A DNA stretch of 64,000 nucleotides from an uncultured Acidobacteriaceae bacterium (GTDB taxonomy: Bacteria > Acidobacteriota > Terriglobia > Terriglobales > Acidobacteriaceae). Location: assembly GCA_963834565.1 (NCBI GenBank), contig CAWICF010000002.1, positions 944,410 through 1,008,409 on the forward strand. Direction: 5' to 3'. A program made the translations under genes and the position numbers. The notes beneath the pieces are model-generated. The model saw only the letters and a list, made by a program, of their open reading frames with translations, ran no database searches and was not told the DNA's origin. Below, in pieces: positions 9,587 to 18,744 of this stretch (the stretch's first letter is position 1; each line of letters opens with the position of its first letter).

Positions 9587-10830
9587 GACCGAATTACCGA
9601 CTCGCTGTTCTTGTGCCGGCGATACTTCTGGCCGGGCTTTGTGTGGCATCGCGCTCATACAGCGATGATGGCCGTTGCGGCTCCGGCCAGGATCTCGTCG
9701 TCCAGGCCCTCGAGCGCGTCACCCCGCAAAGCCCCGACAGCGACTTCGTCGACGCACTCGAACTGCTCAAACACGCAGTCTCTACCTGCCCTGAGCTGGG
9801 TGATGCGTGGTACTACCGCAGCCTCGTCGAGCAGCGTCTCGGCCATGCATCGCTCGCCAGGTACGCCATGGATAAGGCGCGCTTCAACGGCTCTGAAGCT
9901 CTCGACCAAAACCTCAATCCGCTTATTCTCTCTACGCCGGCCTCGCGCGGATTCAGCCAGGAAGCCAGTACCCCCGCCGCTCCTGCTGCGCCTCCCGTCA
10001 AGCCCGGCCCTGTCCAGCAGAAGTGGGCGCTTATCATCGGCATCGGCAACTTCACTGATGCCCAGGTTCCCAGGCTCAACTTCACCACCGCCGACGCCGA
10101 TGCCTTCGCCGCTGCTCTCAAAGATCCCAACATCGGTCAATTCCCTGCCGACAACGTGCAGGAGCTCACCAACGAAAACGCCACTACCAAAAACATAAAA
10201 GAAAAACTCAACTGGATCGCGCGTCAGGCCCAGCCCAACGATCTCGTCATCATTTATGTCGCGACGCATGGCACGCCCCGCACCATCGATTCTGCCGGAG
10301 GCGCGAATTATCTCGTCACGTACGATACTGAGGTTTACAAAGACGGCAGCTTCGATGAAGACGCCATGTATGCCACGGCGTATCCCATGATCGATCTCGC
10401 CAACGCGGTTGCCACGCGCATGAAAGCACTACGTACCGCCGTCTTTCTCGACACCTGCTATTCCGGTGGTTCCGTCGCCGGCGCCGCGCCTTCCCAGCAA
10501 ATCGTCACCGAGGCTCCTTCGAAAGAAATGCTGTCGCACATGACCGACGGAACTGGGCGCATTGTCATGGCTGCCAGCCAGGTTGATCAGGAATCGCTCG
10601 AGAGCCCCGATCTCCACCACGGCTATTTCACCTACTATCTGCTTCAGGCGCTGAAAAACGGCAAAGGACAAACTCCTCTCAGTCAGGTCTTCGCGTCGGT
10701 GGAGCAACAGGTATCGAAGAGCGTAGCCGCGAAAGGCGCTCACCAGGACCCTGTCATGAATCGAAGTTCTTCCGATGCCGACTTCGCGCTCCGCTCCGCC
10801 TCCGCCGACACGGCGTCCGCCAAGCCTTGA
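9583..10830 (+). CDS. Secreted TPR + caspase-like peptidase C14
   Basis: ATGA overlap with the upstream gene; signal peptide. TPR (GDAWYYRSLVE), KWALIIGIG, catalytic ATHG and LDTCYSG, HGYFTYYLLQAL. Confidence 0.87.
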   Translation: MRPNYRLAVLVPAILLAGLCVASRSYSDDGRCGSGQDLVVQALERVTPQSPDSDFVDALELLKHAVSTCPELGDAWYYRSLVEQRLGHASLARYAMDKARFNGSEALDQNLNPLILSTPASRGFSQEASTPAAPAAPPVKPGPVQQKWALIIGIGNFTDAQVPRLNFTTADADAFAAALKDPNIGQFPADNVQELTNENATTKNIKEKLNWIARQAQPNDLVIIYVATHGTPRTIDSAGGANYLVTYDTEVYKDGSFDEDAMYATAYPMIDLANAVATRMKALRTAVFLDTCYSGGSVAGAAPSQQIVTEAPSKEMLSHMTDGTGRIVMAASQVDQESLESPDLHHGYFTYYLLQALKNGKGQTPLSQVFASVEQQVSKSVAAKGAHQDPVMNRSSSDADFALRSASADTASAKP

Positions 10831-10861
10831 CGGATCAGCCACTCCGGCGTGGAAGCTTGTC

Positions 10862-13800
10862 ATGAATCGTACTTGCATCTTCGGTTTCGCGATCGCCTTA
10901 ATAGTCTGCTCGCTTGCTGCCATCTCTTTCGCGCAAACTACCAGCCTTCAAGACACGATTTCGCAGCACGAGCAGCAGCTTGCGCAGGCGCGCTCCAGCC
11001 GCAACATGCACGAAGTCGTGACGGAACTCAACATCCTCGGCTCGTACTACCGGCAAGCCGGCCAGCTGCAAAAAGGGCTCACCTGTCTCAACGAGGCCTT
11101 GCCAATAGAGCAACGTGCCTCCAGCCTCTACGGCCAGGCGACGACGCTCAACACCATGGGCCGCATCTACACTGACCTCGGCCAGGAAGACAAAGCGCTC
11201 TCAACGCTCAATCAAGCGCTGCCCATGTGGCGCGCTCTTGGTCAGCGCATCGGCGAAGCCGACACGCTCAGCTACATCGGCAAGGTCTACAACGACCTCG
11301 GCCAGCACGACGACGCGCTCAAGGTCCTCAATCAATCAATGGCCATCTGGCAGTTGATCGACAACCCCGCCGCAAACACTGCGCCGTCCGGCGCTTCACA
11401 ACAAAGCCCCACCTCAGGCGGCAGCCGGTCGAACATCAGTGTTGCCGGCGAAGCGGGAACCCTCGACAACCTGGGCCGGACTTACTCCGACGAAGGACAG
11501 GGCCTCGAAGCTCTCAAATACTTCAATCAGGCTCTGCCGCTCTTCAACCAGATCGGCGAACGTGGTGGCGCGGCGCTCGTCCTCAATGACATGGGCCCAG
11601 CTTTCGCGGCAATTGGCCAGAAGCAGAAGGCGCTTGAAAGCTACAACAAGGCGCTCGCGACCTTTCGCGAGATCGGCAGCCGCCAGGGCGAAGCGCTGAC
11701 TCTTGAAAACACCGGCTGGCTCTATCGCGATCTCGGTCAGAACCAGACTGCTCTCGACTACTACAACCTGGCACTGCCTATCTGGCGCGAGGTCGGCAAT
11801 CGCAGCGGAGAAGCGCGCGCGCTCAGCGATATCGGCCGTGCCTACGCCGATCTCGGCCAGCCTCAGAAAGCTCTCGAGTACGCGAGCCAGGCGCTGCCCA
11901 TCTTTCGCGAAACCGTCAGCCGTCGCGGTGAAGCCATGACCCTGAACAACATGGGCCGCGATCATTCCGACCTCGGCGAATCGAAAGATGCTCTCGATCT
12001 CGATCTTCAATCCCTCGCCATCTGGCGCGAGATCAAAGATCAGCGCAACGAAGCCGGATGCCTCATGACCATCGCCTGGGCTTACTCGCAGATGAAGCAG
12101 CCGGAAACCTCGTTGGCCAGCGCCCTCGCAGCTCTCTACCTCGCCAGGTCCACGGGCGATCCGCAGATTGAGGGCGGCGTCGAAACCTCAATGATGCTCG
12201 GCTTTCGCAAGCAGCAGCATCCAGAGGAGGCCATCTTCTTCGGCCTTGAAGCGGTCAACAACTACGAGCAGATCCGCAAAAACATCACCGGCCTCGACAA
12301 GCAGCTCCAGGCTGGCTACGCGCAATCTCGCGCCGGCATTTACCGCATGCTCGCCGAGTTGCTCGTCCAGTCCGGCCGACTCGGGCAGGCCGAGCAGATC
12401 CTCGATCTCCTGAAGGAGCAAGAACTGAAAGACGTCGTCGCCGGCGCGACCGCAAGCGCCTCAGCAGGCATCGAGCCGCTCAAGCTTTCTCCTGCGCAGC
12501 AGCAGGTCGAGTCACAACTGCCAGACATTGAGAAGAAAGCGCGCGACGTAGAAGAAGACACGCTTGCCTGCGTGCAGATTCAATCGAAGACGACTCACAC
12601 CCCGGATGATGACGCCCAGCTCAAATCGCTCGCCGCAAAGCTGCAACAGGAAGAAGGCGAAATCAGGTCCGCTCTTTTTGACATCATCTACCCTGAGCTC
12701 GACGCGCAATCCGCGCCGGGCAACGCTTCGAACGATACGACAAAAAGCTTTCTACAGGATTCGCTCGCCAAGCTCGGTTCCAACGTCGTCGGCATTCGAG
12801 TGCTGCTCGGCGACGATCACGCCTACGCCATCGTAGTCACCGCCGCCTCGCGCAAAAGTATCGTCTTACCAGCCACTTCTGCACAGATCCGCGATAAATC
12901 ACTTGAAGTTCTAAAAGCCATCGGTTCGCCTGCCACCGATCCCCGACCGCAGTTAAACCAGCTCTACGACATGATCGTCGCGCCCGTCGAAAGCCAGCTC
13001 AAATCCATCGAGTCCGCTCCCGGCGCAAAAGGCACCGTCCCCACGCTGCTTTGGTCGCTCGACGACGCGTTGCGCTACGTTCCCATGGGCGCTCTCTACG
13101 ACGGCCAACACTACATGGTCGAGCGCTTTCACAATGTCCTCTTCACCGCCGAAAGCTATGGTCACATGACTGATGCGCCGCTCGAGAGCGGTCAACAGCC
13201 GAGCGCACTCGCCATGGGACTCTCCAAAAGCTACGGCGGCCTTCCTGCCCTCCCCGGCGTCATTCCTGAGCTTGACTCCATCGTCCGCGACCCCGCAGTT
13301 CCGGACTCGCACGGCCCCATGCAAGGCAAGCTCCTGCCCGACGATCGGTTCACTCTCGCCGCGCTCAAAGCCGCCCTCGGCGCCGGCAGCAATTTCTCTG
13401 TCGTGCACATCGCCAGCCACTTTGTCCTCGAGGCCGGCAGCGGTGACGAGCCGTTCCTTATGATGGGCGGCGACAACACCGGAAACGGGAACGGCTTCGA
13501 GTGGAATCTTTCCGAGATGGAAAACTCCTCCATCGCCTTCCACGGCACCCGGTTGCTGACCCTTTCAGCTTGCAGCACCGCCAAGGACTACAAATCCAGA
13601 AATGGCTTTGAAATGGATAGCTTGGGGATGGTTGCTCAACAAAAAGATGCGGAAGCTGTCCTGGCGACGCTCTGGGATGTCAACGATCTCAGCACCAGCC
13701 GCATCATGAGCGACTTCTACGATCGCTGGGTCACGAATCCGACTCAGGGCAAAGCCGAAGCTCTCCGCCAAGCCCAGCTTGCGTTTATCCACGGCACCGC

Positions 13801-13930
13801 CGCTACGCCCGCAGCCAAGACCGGCCGCGGATTTGAGACCACCGATCAGTCGCCCGCCCAAAACTCTTCCCTAGGCTACGCCCACCCTTATTACTGGGCG
13901 CCCTTCGTGCTCATCGGGAACTATCAGTAG
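10862..13930 (+). CDS. Secreted TPR-array + CHAT (caspase-related) domain protein
   Basis: Signal peptide MNRTCIFGF...SFA-Q. About nine TPRs (EA.TL.N.G..Y.DLGQ...AL....QAL..WR). CHAT motifs LRYVPMGAL, VVHIASHF, LTLSACST, ATLWDVND, KAEALRQAQL, HPYYWAPFVLIG. Confidence 0.92.
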   Translation: MNRTCIFGFAIALIVCSLAAISFAQTTSLQDTISQHEQQLAQARSSRNMHEVVTELNILGSYYRQAGQLQKGLTCLNEALPIEQRASSLYGQATTLNTMGRIYTDLGQEDKALSTLNQALPMWRALGQRIGEADTLSYIGKVYNDLGQHDDALKVLNQSMAIWQLIDNPAANTAPSGASQQSPTSGGSRSNISVAGEAGTLDNLGRTYSDEGQGLEALKYFNQALPLFNQIGERGGAALVLNDMGPAFAAIGQKQKALESYNKALATFREIGSRQGEALTLENTGWLYRDLGQNQTALDYYNLALPIWREVGNRSGEARALSDIGRAYADLGQPQKALEYASQALPIFRETVSRRGEAMTLNNMGRDHSDLGESKDALDLDLQSLAIWREIKDQRNEAGCLMTIAWAYSQMKQPETSLASALAALYLARSTGDPQIEGGVETSMMLGFRKQQHPEEAIFFGLEAVNNYEQIRKNITGLDKQLQAGYAQSRAGIYRMLAELLVQSGRLGQAEQILDLLKEQELKDVVAGATASASAGIEPLKLSPAQQQVESQLPDIEKKARDVEEDTLACVQIQSKTTHTPDDDAQLKSLAAKLQQEEGEIRSALFDIIYPELDAQSAPGNASNDTTKSFLQDSLAKLGSNVVGIRVLLGDDHAYAIVVTAASRKSIVLPATSAQIRDKSLEVLKAIGSPATDPRPQLNQLYDMIVAPVESQLKSIESAPGAKGTVPTLLWSLDDALRYVPMGALYDGQHYMVERFHNVLFTAESYGHMTDAPLESGQQPSALAMGLSKSYGGLPALPGVIPELDSIVRDPAVPDSHGPMQGKLLPDDRFTLAALKAALGAGSNFSVVHIASHFVLEAGSGDEPFLMMGGDNTGNGNGFEWNLSEMENSSIAFHGTRLLTLSACSTAKDYKSRNGFEMDSLGMVAQQKDAEAVLATLWDVNDLSTSRIMSDFYDRWVTNPTQGKAEALRQAQLAFIHGTAATPAAKTGRGFETTDQSPAQNSSLGYAHPYYWAPFVLIGNYQ

Positions 13931-14003
13931 CGATATCGATCAGCTTGTCACCGACATTCCATTACCTGCGGTGCTAGAATCCCGGCCCGCGGAGGGAAAT
14001 GCA

Positions 14004-14480
14004 ATGCGTACGATCCGGCTCCTGGCAATCATCGCGCTCATCTTTTTACCGGCAGTCTCATTTAGCAGCGAGCGTTACGACGGAAATTGGCTCACCAAGC
14101 TCAGTTGCCCGCCCAAAGGAAACACCGAAGGCTACACCTGGCAATTTGTCAGCGTGATCCAGAATGGCAACCTTCACGGAGAGCGTGGCACTGCAGGCCA
14201 GCCCGGTTACTTCACGATCGATGGCGCCATCGGCGACGACGGCAACGCCAAGCTCGCTGCCAGCGGCGTCATTGCCTCACGGGAATATGCGCGCGGCGTT
14301 TTCGCCCACCAGGGCGAGCCTTACAGTTACGACGTCAAAGCGCAATTCAAAGACACGACCGGAACAGGAACGAAGGGCCAAGGCCTCGGCATCGTCGGCC
14401 GCACCTGCACCTTCGAGTTCACAAAGCAGTCACCTGCTTCACCAACCGGGGTCGAGTCTGGAAAAGCTCAGTCCAAATAA
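14004..14480 (+). CDS. Small secreted beta-rich hypothetical protein
   Basis: GGAGGG RBS and signal peptide; two Cys near the mature ends. An extended -10-like TGCTAGAAT lies at 13972-13980. Confidence 0.7.
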   Translation: MRTIRLLAIIALIFLPAVSFSSERYDGNWLTKLSCPPKGNTEGYTWQFVSVIQNGNLHGERGTAGQPGYFTIDGAIGDDGNAKLAASGVIASREYARGVFAHQGEPYSYDVKAQFKDTTGTGTKGQGLGIVGRTCTFEFTKQSPASPTGVESGKAQSK

Positions 14481-14788
14481 CAACCGCTGTTCAGCAAACG
14501 GCAGCCTGTCAAAACTCGAACTGTCTCAACCACGGGGTTCACCCCATCCCATGTCAAGTTTTCCTTCGCCCCAAAATGCTCTCAACTCCCTCATTCCTGA
14601 AGAAATAAAAAATCTCGCGAACAGTGCGTATAATTTCCCGCAATTCTCTACACTTGTTTCAGGATCGCGGAACAAGAAACCAAAGCGTGTCACAAAAAGT
14701 CCTCGGGACGGCGTCCGCACCAGCGCGCCAGTTTAGACGTCGCCGAAAAACTCCCGCCGCGAGTTTTGTTACCAGGGCACGGCTTACC

Positions 14789-14867
14789 GGGGCCCCCAGC
14801 GACCGGGGTCCCCAAGAAGCAGCTTTTGCTTCTCGGGGCGGAGCGATCGGTCTTCGTCGCTGGGGTG
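14789..14867. repeat. Nested REP-like palindrome
   Basis: Outer arms CCCCAGCGAC / GTCGCTGGGG enclose inner arms CCCCAAGAAGCA / TGCTTCTCGGGG (one mismatch). Confidence 0.6.
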
Positions 14868-15214
14868 ACTTGAGCCGGCCCGCATTCGCACAATTGAACG
14901 ATTCGGGCTTCAGCCCCTGAGAAACTAAAGCGGACATCGAGACGGACATCGAGACGAGGATCGATAGGACGGATCTCGCGCATGATGCCTGGAGCCGACA
15001 AAGGTTATTTTGAGGTGAAAGTGGCACATCACGAGACGGACGCACCAAAACATGAGACGAATTTGCAGCAAAAGCAGTGCAAATCGCCCTTAACTCGCCT
15101 CGATCGACGACTTTAGCGACGCATCAATAGAATCAATACTTTACGAGGAAACATGAATTTTGAGGGGGGGATTAATCAACTAGTACACATCGGCGCCGCG
15201 CAGCTTTTAGTGCC

Positions 15215-16258
15215 CTAACTCAGCAGCTGCTTTGCCACCTTGATGTACAGCTCCACCGCTTCCAGCAACTCCTTCTTCGCGAGCCTCTCTTTCGGCGTGT
15301 GCGCCACATGAATGCTGCCAGGCCCCAGCAGCAGCGGCTCGCCCCAGTTGCTCAGTTGCGGAATGTCCGTCGTGAACTTCGCCACCATCGTCGGCAATCC
15401 CTCGACGGCCTTCAGCCGCACAAATGGAATCTCCAGCGTGAAGTCCACCTCCGCCAATCCCTCAGCGGCTCTCAGAACCGCCGCGCGCAAAGGCGCCGAG
15501 TCGCCCACCAGCCGAATCAGGATCTGTGCCTCGGCCTTATCGGCAATCACGTTCGGCGCGTGCCCGCCGTGAATCTGTCCGATGTTCAGCGTGCTCGGCC
15601 CTACATCTTCGGTTACCGGTAGATCAATTTCCAGCAATCGGTCCAGCACCTTCACCAGCTTGTGCACCGCACTGTCGCCCAGTTCCGGATACGCCGAATG
15701 CGCCATCTTCCCGTGCGCTTTCAGGAAAACGCGAAGCGAGCCTTTCGACGCCAGCGCAAGTTTGTTGTCAGTTGGCTCGCCGTTGATCAGGAACCGGCTT
15801 CCCTTCGGCGCGAGGTTTGCAACTTTCGCTCCCGCCGAGTCGCGCTCCTCGCCGCTCACAAACAGTACGCCAACCCGTAGCCCCGCGGCACGCAGCGCGT
15901 CTGCGGCTGCAATCTGCGCTGCGATAATTCCCTTCGCGTCTGATACCCCGCGCCCATACATGAACTCCTCGTCCTCAGTGAACGGGATGTAGGGCGGTAC
16001 GGTGTCCATATGGGTCGAAAAAACCAGATCCGGCTTCTCGCCCTTCGGCCCACCAAACACATTCCAACGGTTCTCGCTGATCCCGCTCTCCGTCGGCTGC
16101 GGAACCGGAGTCTTCTCTACTTCCCATCCTCGCCCCGCCAAAAACTCGGCGAGAAAATCTCCCACTAGCCCCTCATGGTAGGTCGTCGATTCGATTTCGC
16201 ATAACTGGCGTGTCAACCCAATCGGGTCGAGGGCAACAGCCTCGGAGCTTTCTTTCAT
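15215..16258 (-). CDS. M20/M25/M40 family metallo-hydrolase (ArgE/DapE-like)
   Basis: STHMDTVP, GRGVSDAKG, SGEE, INGEPT, GPGSIHVAHTPKE. Start set to the ATG at 16258. Confidence 0.9.
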   Translation of the reverse strand: MKESSEAVALDPIGLTRQLCEIESTTYHEGLVGDFLAEFLAGRGWEVEKTPVPQPTESGISENRWNVFGGPKGEKPDLVFSTHMDTVPPYIPFTEDEEFMYGRGVSDAKGIIAAQIAAADALRAAGLRVGVLFVSGEERDSAGAKVANLAPKGSRFLINGEPTDNKLALASKGSLRVFLKAHGKMAHSAYPELGDSAVHKLVKVLDRLLEIDLPVTEDVGPSTLNIGQIHGGHAPNVIADKAEAQILIRLVGDSAPLRAAVLRAAEGLAEVDFTLEIPFVRLKAVEGLPTMVAKFTTDIPQLSNWGEPLLLGPGSIHVAHTPKERLAKKELLEAVELYIKVAKQLLS

Positions 16259-16433
16259 GGTGCTGCCAGAATACCCTACGCATCCGGCCCGCCGTTGATT
16301 CTGCAGCCGTTTTGCCAGTTCAGAGACACCGCAAGTTGGAGCCGCGCAAGATTTGGAGCCGCGCAAGATATAGTCCCGCCCTTCGCGATACCCGCGTTTC
16401 CGGCACGCCGCTGGGCGTAAAATGATGTGTGGT

Positions 16434-17213
16434 ATGACCACCACATTGGCCCCGGTCCAACTGACACCTGATTCGGTCGGCCCCCCGGCCAGTTCCGGCT
16501 TTACGATCATCTCGCCAGGTGAAAATTCCTCCCGCGGCGCCATTCGGACCTTCTCGCTCGCCGGTCCCGCTGGCCGGCTTGAAGCGGTGCTGAATGAGGG
16601 TGCATCCGACGCTCCTTTCGCCGCCCTCGTCTGCCACCCTCATCCGCTTCACGGCGGCAATCTGCACAACAAGGTTGTTTACCATGCCATGAAGGCCCTT
16701 AATGATCCCAATTGGGGCCTGGGCTTTCCCGTTCTGCGCTTCAACTTTCGTGGCGCCGGCTTGAGCGAAGGCACACACGACGGCAACGCAGAAGTCGGCG
16801 ATGTTCTTGCCGCGCTGGACTGGCTCAATCGCGAGTTTCAGCGTCCGCTGGTTGTCGCCGGATTCAGTTTCGGTGCCGCCATGGCGCTCCATGCGTGTCG
16901 TCGCCCAACTGCATCTCACGGCTCAATACCGCAACTTGCCAACGTCCGCGCCCTCATCGCTCTCGGCCTTCCCACGCAAATCGACTCTCCTGCTTACCGC
17001 TACGCATTCCTTCACAACGTCACAGTTCCCAAGCTCTTCCTCAGCGGAATCTGCGACCCATTCGCGTTGCCCGATCAACTGACTCAAATCGCCGCCTCTG
17101 CGGCGGACCCTAAACAGCTCATCCTTCTTCCTGGCGCCGACCACTTTTTCTCCGGACATCTCGAACCCATGCAACGCGCCATCGCCAGCTGGGTCAAGGA
17201 GCAATTGCAATGA
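16434..17213 (+). CDS. Alpha/beta hydrolase (COG2945-like)
   Basis: CHPHPLHGGNLHNKVV, LRFNFRGAG.SEG, AGFSFGA nucleophile elbow, GADHFF. Confidence 0.88.
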   Translation: MTTTLAPVQLTPDSVGPPASSGFTIISPGENSSRGAIRTFSLAGPAGRLEAVLNEGASDAPFAALVCHPHPLHGGNLHNKVVYHAMKALNDPNWGLGFPVLRFNFRGAGLSEGTHDGNAEVGDVLAALDWLNREFQRPLVVAGFSFGAAMALHACRRPTASHGSIPQLANVRALIALGLPTQIDSPAYRYAFLHNVTVPKLFLSGICDPFALPDQLTQIAASAADPKQLILLPGADHFFSGHLEPMQRAIASWVKEQLQ

Positions 17214-18655
17214 CCCCGGTCAGCGACACACCTCTTGAAACTCTGCACTCCACGGCAACCGAAATCTTTACCGGAGCGCTCAAAGCCTGCAATATCGACT
17301 CGGCCTTCGACCGCCGCCTGCGATTTGAAGGTCATATCCTGCACCGCCTCATGCCCGACGGCAGCGGCCCGTCCACAATCGATCTCGCCGCCTACAAGCG
17401 CGTGTTCATCATTGCCATCGGCAAGGCCGCTGCCCCCATGCTCGATACCCTGCTCGATCGCATGAAACGCCGTCAGGGCCTTCGCGGCATCTGCTGCAGC
17501 AATCAGCTCCCGCTCAAGCACAACTGGCGCTTCCGCTACTTCGAGGGCGGTCATCCCTTGCCCAATGAGGACTCCTTTGCCGCTGCTCGCGCCACGCTCG
17601 CGCTTCTCAACAAGGCAAAGAAAGACACTCTCGTTTTTTTCCTCATCTCCGGCGGCGGATCGGCCTTGTTCGATCTGCCGATCGACCCCCACATCACACT
17701 CGAAGAAACCGTCGCATTTCATCAGTTGCTCATCGCCTCTGGCGCGCCCATCAATGAAATCAACACTCTTCGCAAGCACTTCTCTGCCGTGAAGGGAGGC
17801 CGCCTCGCCATCGCCGCACCCGATGCACAGAAGATCAGCCTGCTGGTTCCGGATGTCCCACTTCGCGCACTCGACGCGCTCTCTTCCGGGCCCACATCGC
17901 CCGACCATTCCACCGTCGCCGAAGTCCGCGAGTTGCTCACCAAATACGACCTCTTGCCAAAATTCCCAGCCTCTGTACGCGCCTTCTTCGAACACAAAGA
18001 CATGCCGGAATCGCCTGGCAACAAGAGCTGGCGGCCTTCCTTTCTGCCGAAGATGCCCTGGGCCGATGCGCGCCGAGTCACCTCGGCAGCCAGCATGAGC
18101 AGCGAGGATGCCGCGTTTCGCGATTCGGTTTTCGAGATCCTGCTTTCGAGCCACGACCTCGTCGAAAATGCCCGTACTCTCGCCCGGAAAGCTGGGTACC
18201 ACGTCGTCGTCGACAACAGTTGTGATGATTGGGACTACGCCGACGCTTCCCGTTACCTTCTCGAGCGTTTTCACGCTCTTCGTGCTAATCACGAGCGTCT
18301 CTGCCTTATCTCCGTCGGCGAAGTTACCGTAACTCTAAACCGTGCACCTGGCGCCGGTGGCCGCAACCAGCAGTTTGCGCTTGCCTGCGCGCTCGATCTC
18401 GCCAACCATCCCGGCGAGCGTCTCACTGTGCTCAGTGCCGGCTCCGATGGCATCGACGGCAACACCCAATCGGCCGGCGCAATCGGCGATCCCACCACGG
18501 TCGAGCGCGCTCGCTTCTTCGGTTACGACCCCGCTCAATCGCTTGCACAATTCAACGCTTGTCCACTCTTCACGGCTCTCGGCGACTCCGTTGTCACTGG
18601 CCCCACAGGCCAGAACCTGCGCGACCTGCGGCTCCTCATTTCGGAACGCGCTTAG
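17210..18655 (+). CDS. Glycerate 2-kinase, MOFRL/DUF4147 family
   Basis: AIGKAA, GGHPLP, LISGGGSAL, RKHFSAVKGGRLA, GGRNQ, GSDGIDG, TGPTGQNLRD. ATGA overlap with the upstream gene. Confidence 0.9.
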   Translation: MTPVSDTPLETLHSTATEIFTGALKACNIDSAFDRRLRFEGHILHRLMPDGSGPSTIDLAAYKRVFIIAIGKAAAPMLDTLLDRMKRRQGLRGICCSNQLPLKHNWRFRYFEGGHPLPNEDSFAAARATLALLNKAKKDTLVFFLISGGGSALFDLPIDPHITLEETVAFHQLLIASGAPINEINTLRKHFSAVKGGRLAIAAPDAQKISLLVPDVPLRALDALSSGPTSPDHSTVAEVRELLTKYDLLPKFPASVRAFFEHKDMPESPGNKSWRPSFLPKMPWADARRVTSAASMSSEDAAFRDSVFEILLSSHDLVENARTLARKAGYHVVVDNSCDDWDYADASRYLLERFHALRANHERLCLISVGEVTVTLNRAPGAGGRNQQFALACALDLANHPGERLTVLSAGSDGIDGNTQSAGAIGDPTTVERARFFGYDPAQSLAQFNACPLFTALGDSVVTGPTGQNLRDLRLLISERA

Positions 18656-18744
18656 CTGCTCTAAATCGCAGAACGCCGTTCTCAGTGGAAAACCCGGCGC
18701 AACTTTGGCGTCTGCAATTCAACCGACTGCATTAGGATTGGTTC

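Noticed and set aside
10862-13930. Craspase (type III-E CRISPR) assignment for the TPR-CHAT
   Set aside because: No cas genes or repeat-spacer array are in the window, and the protein has a signal peptide.
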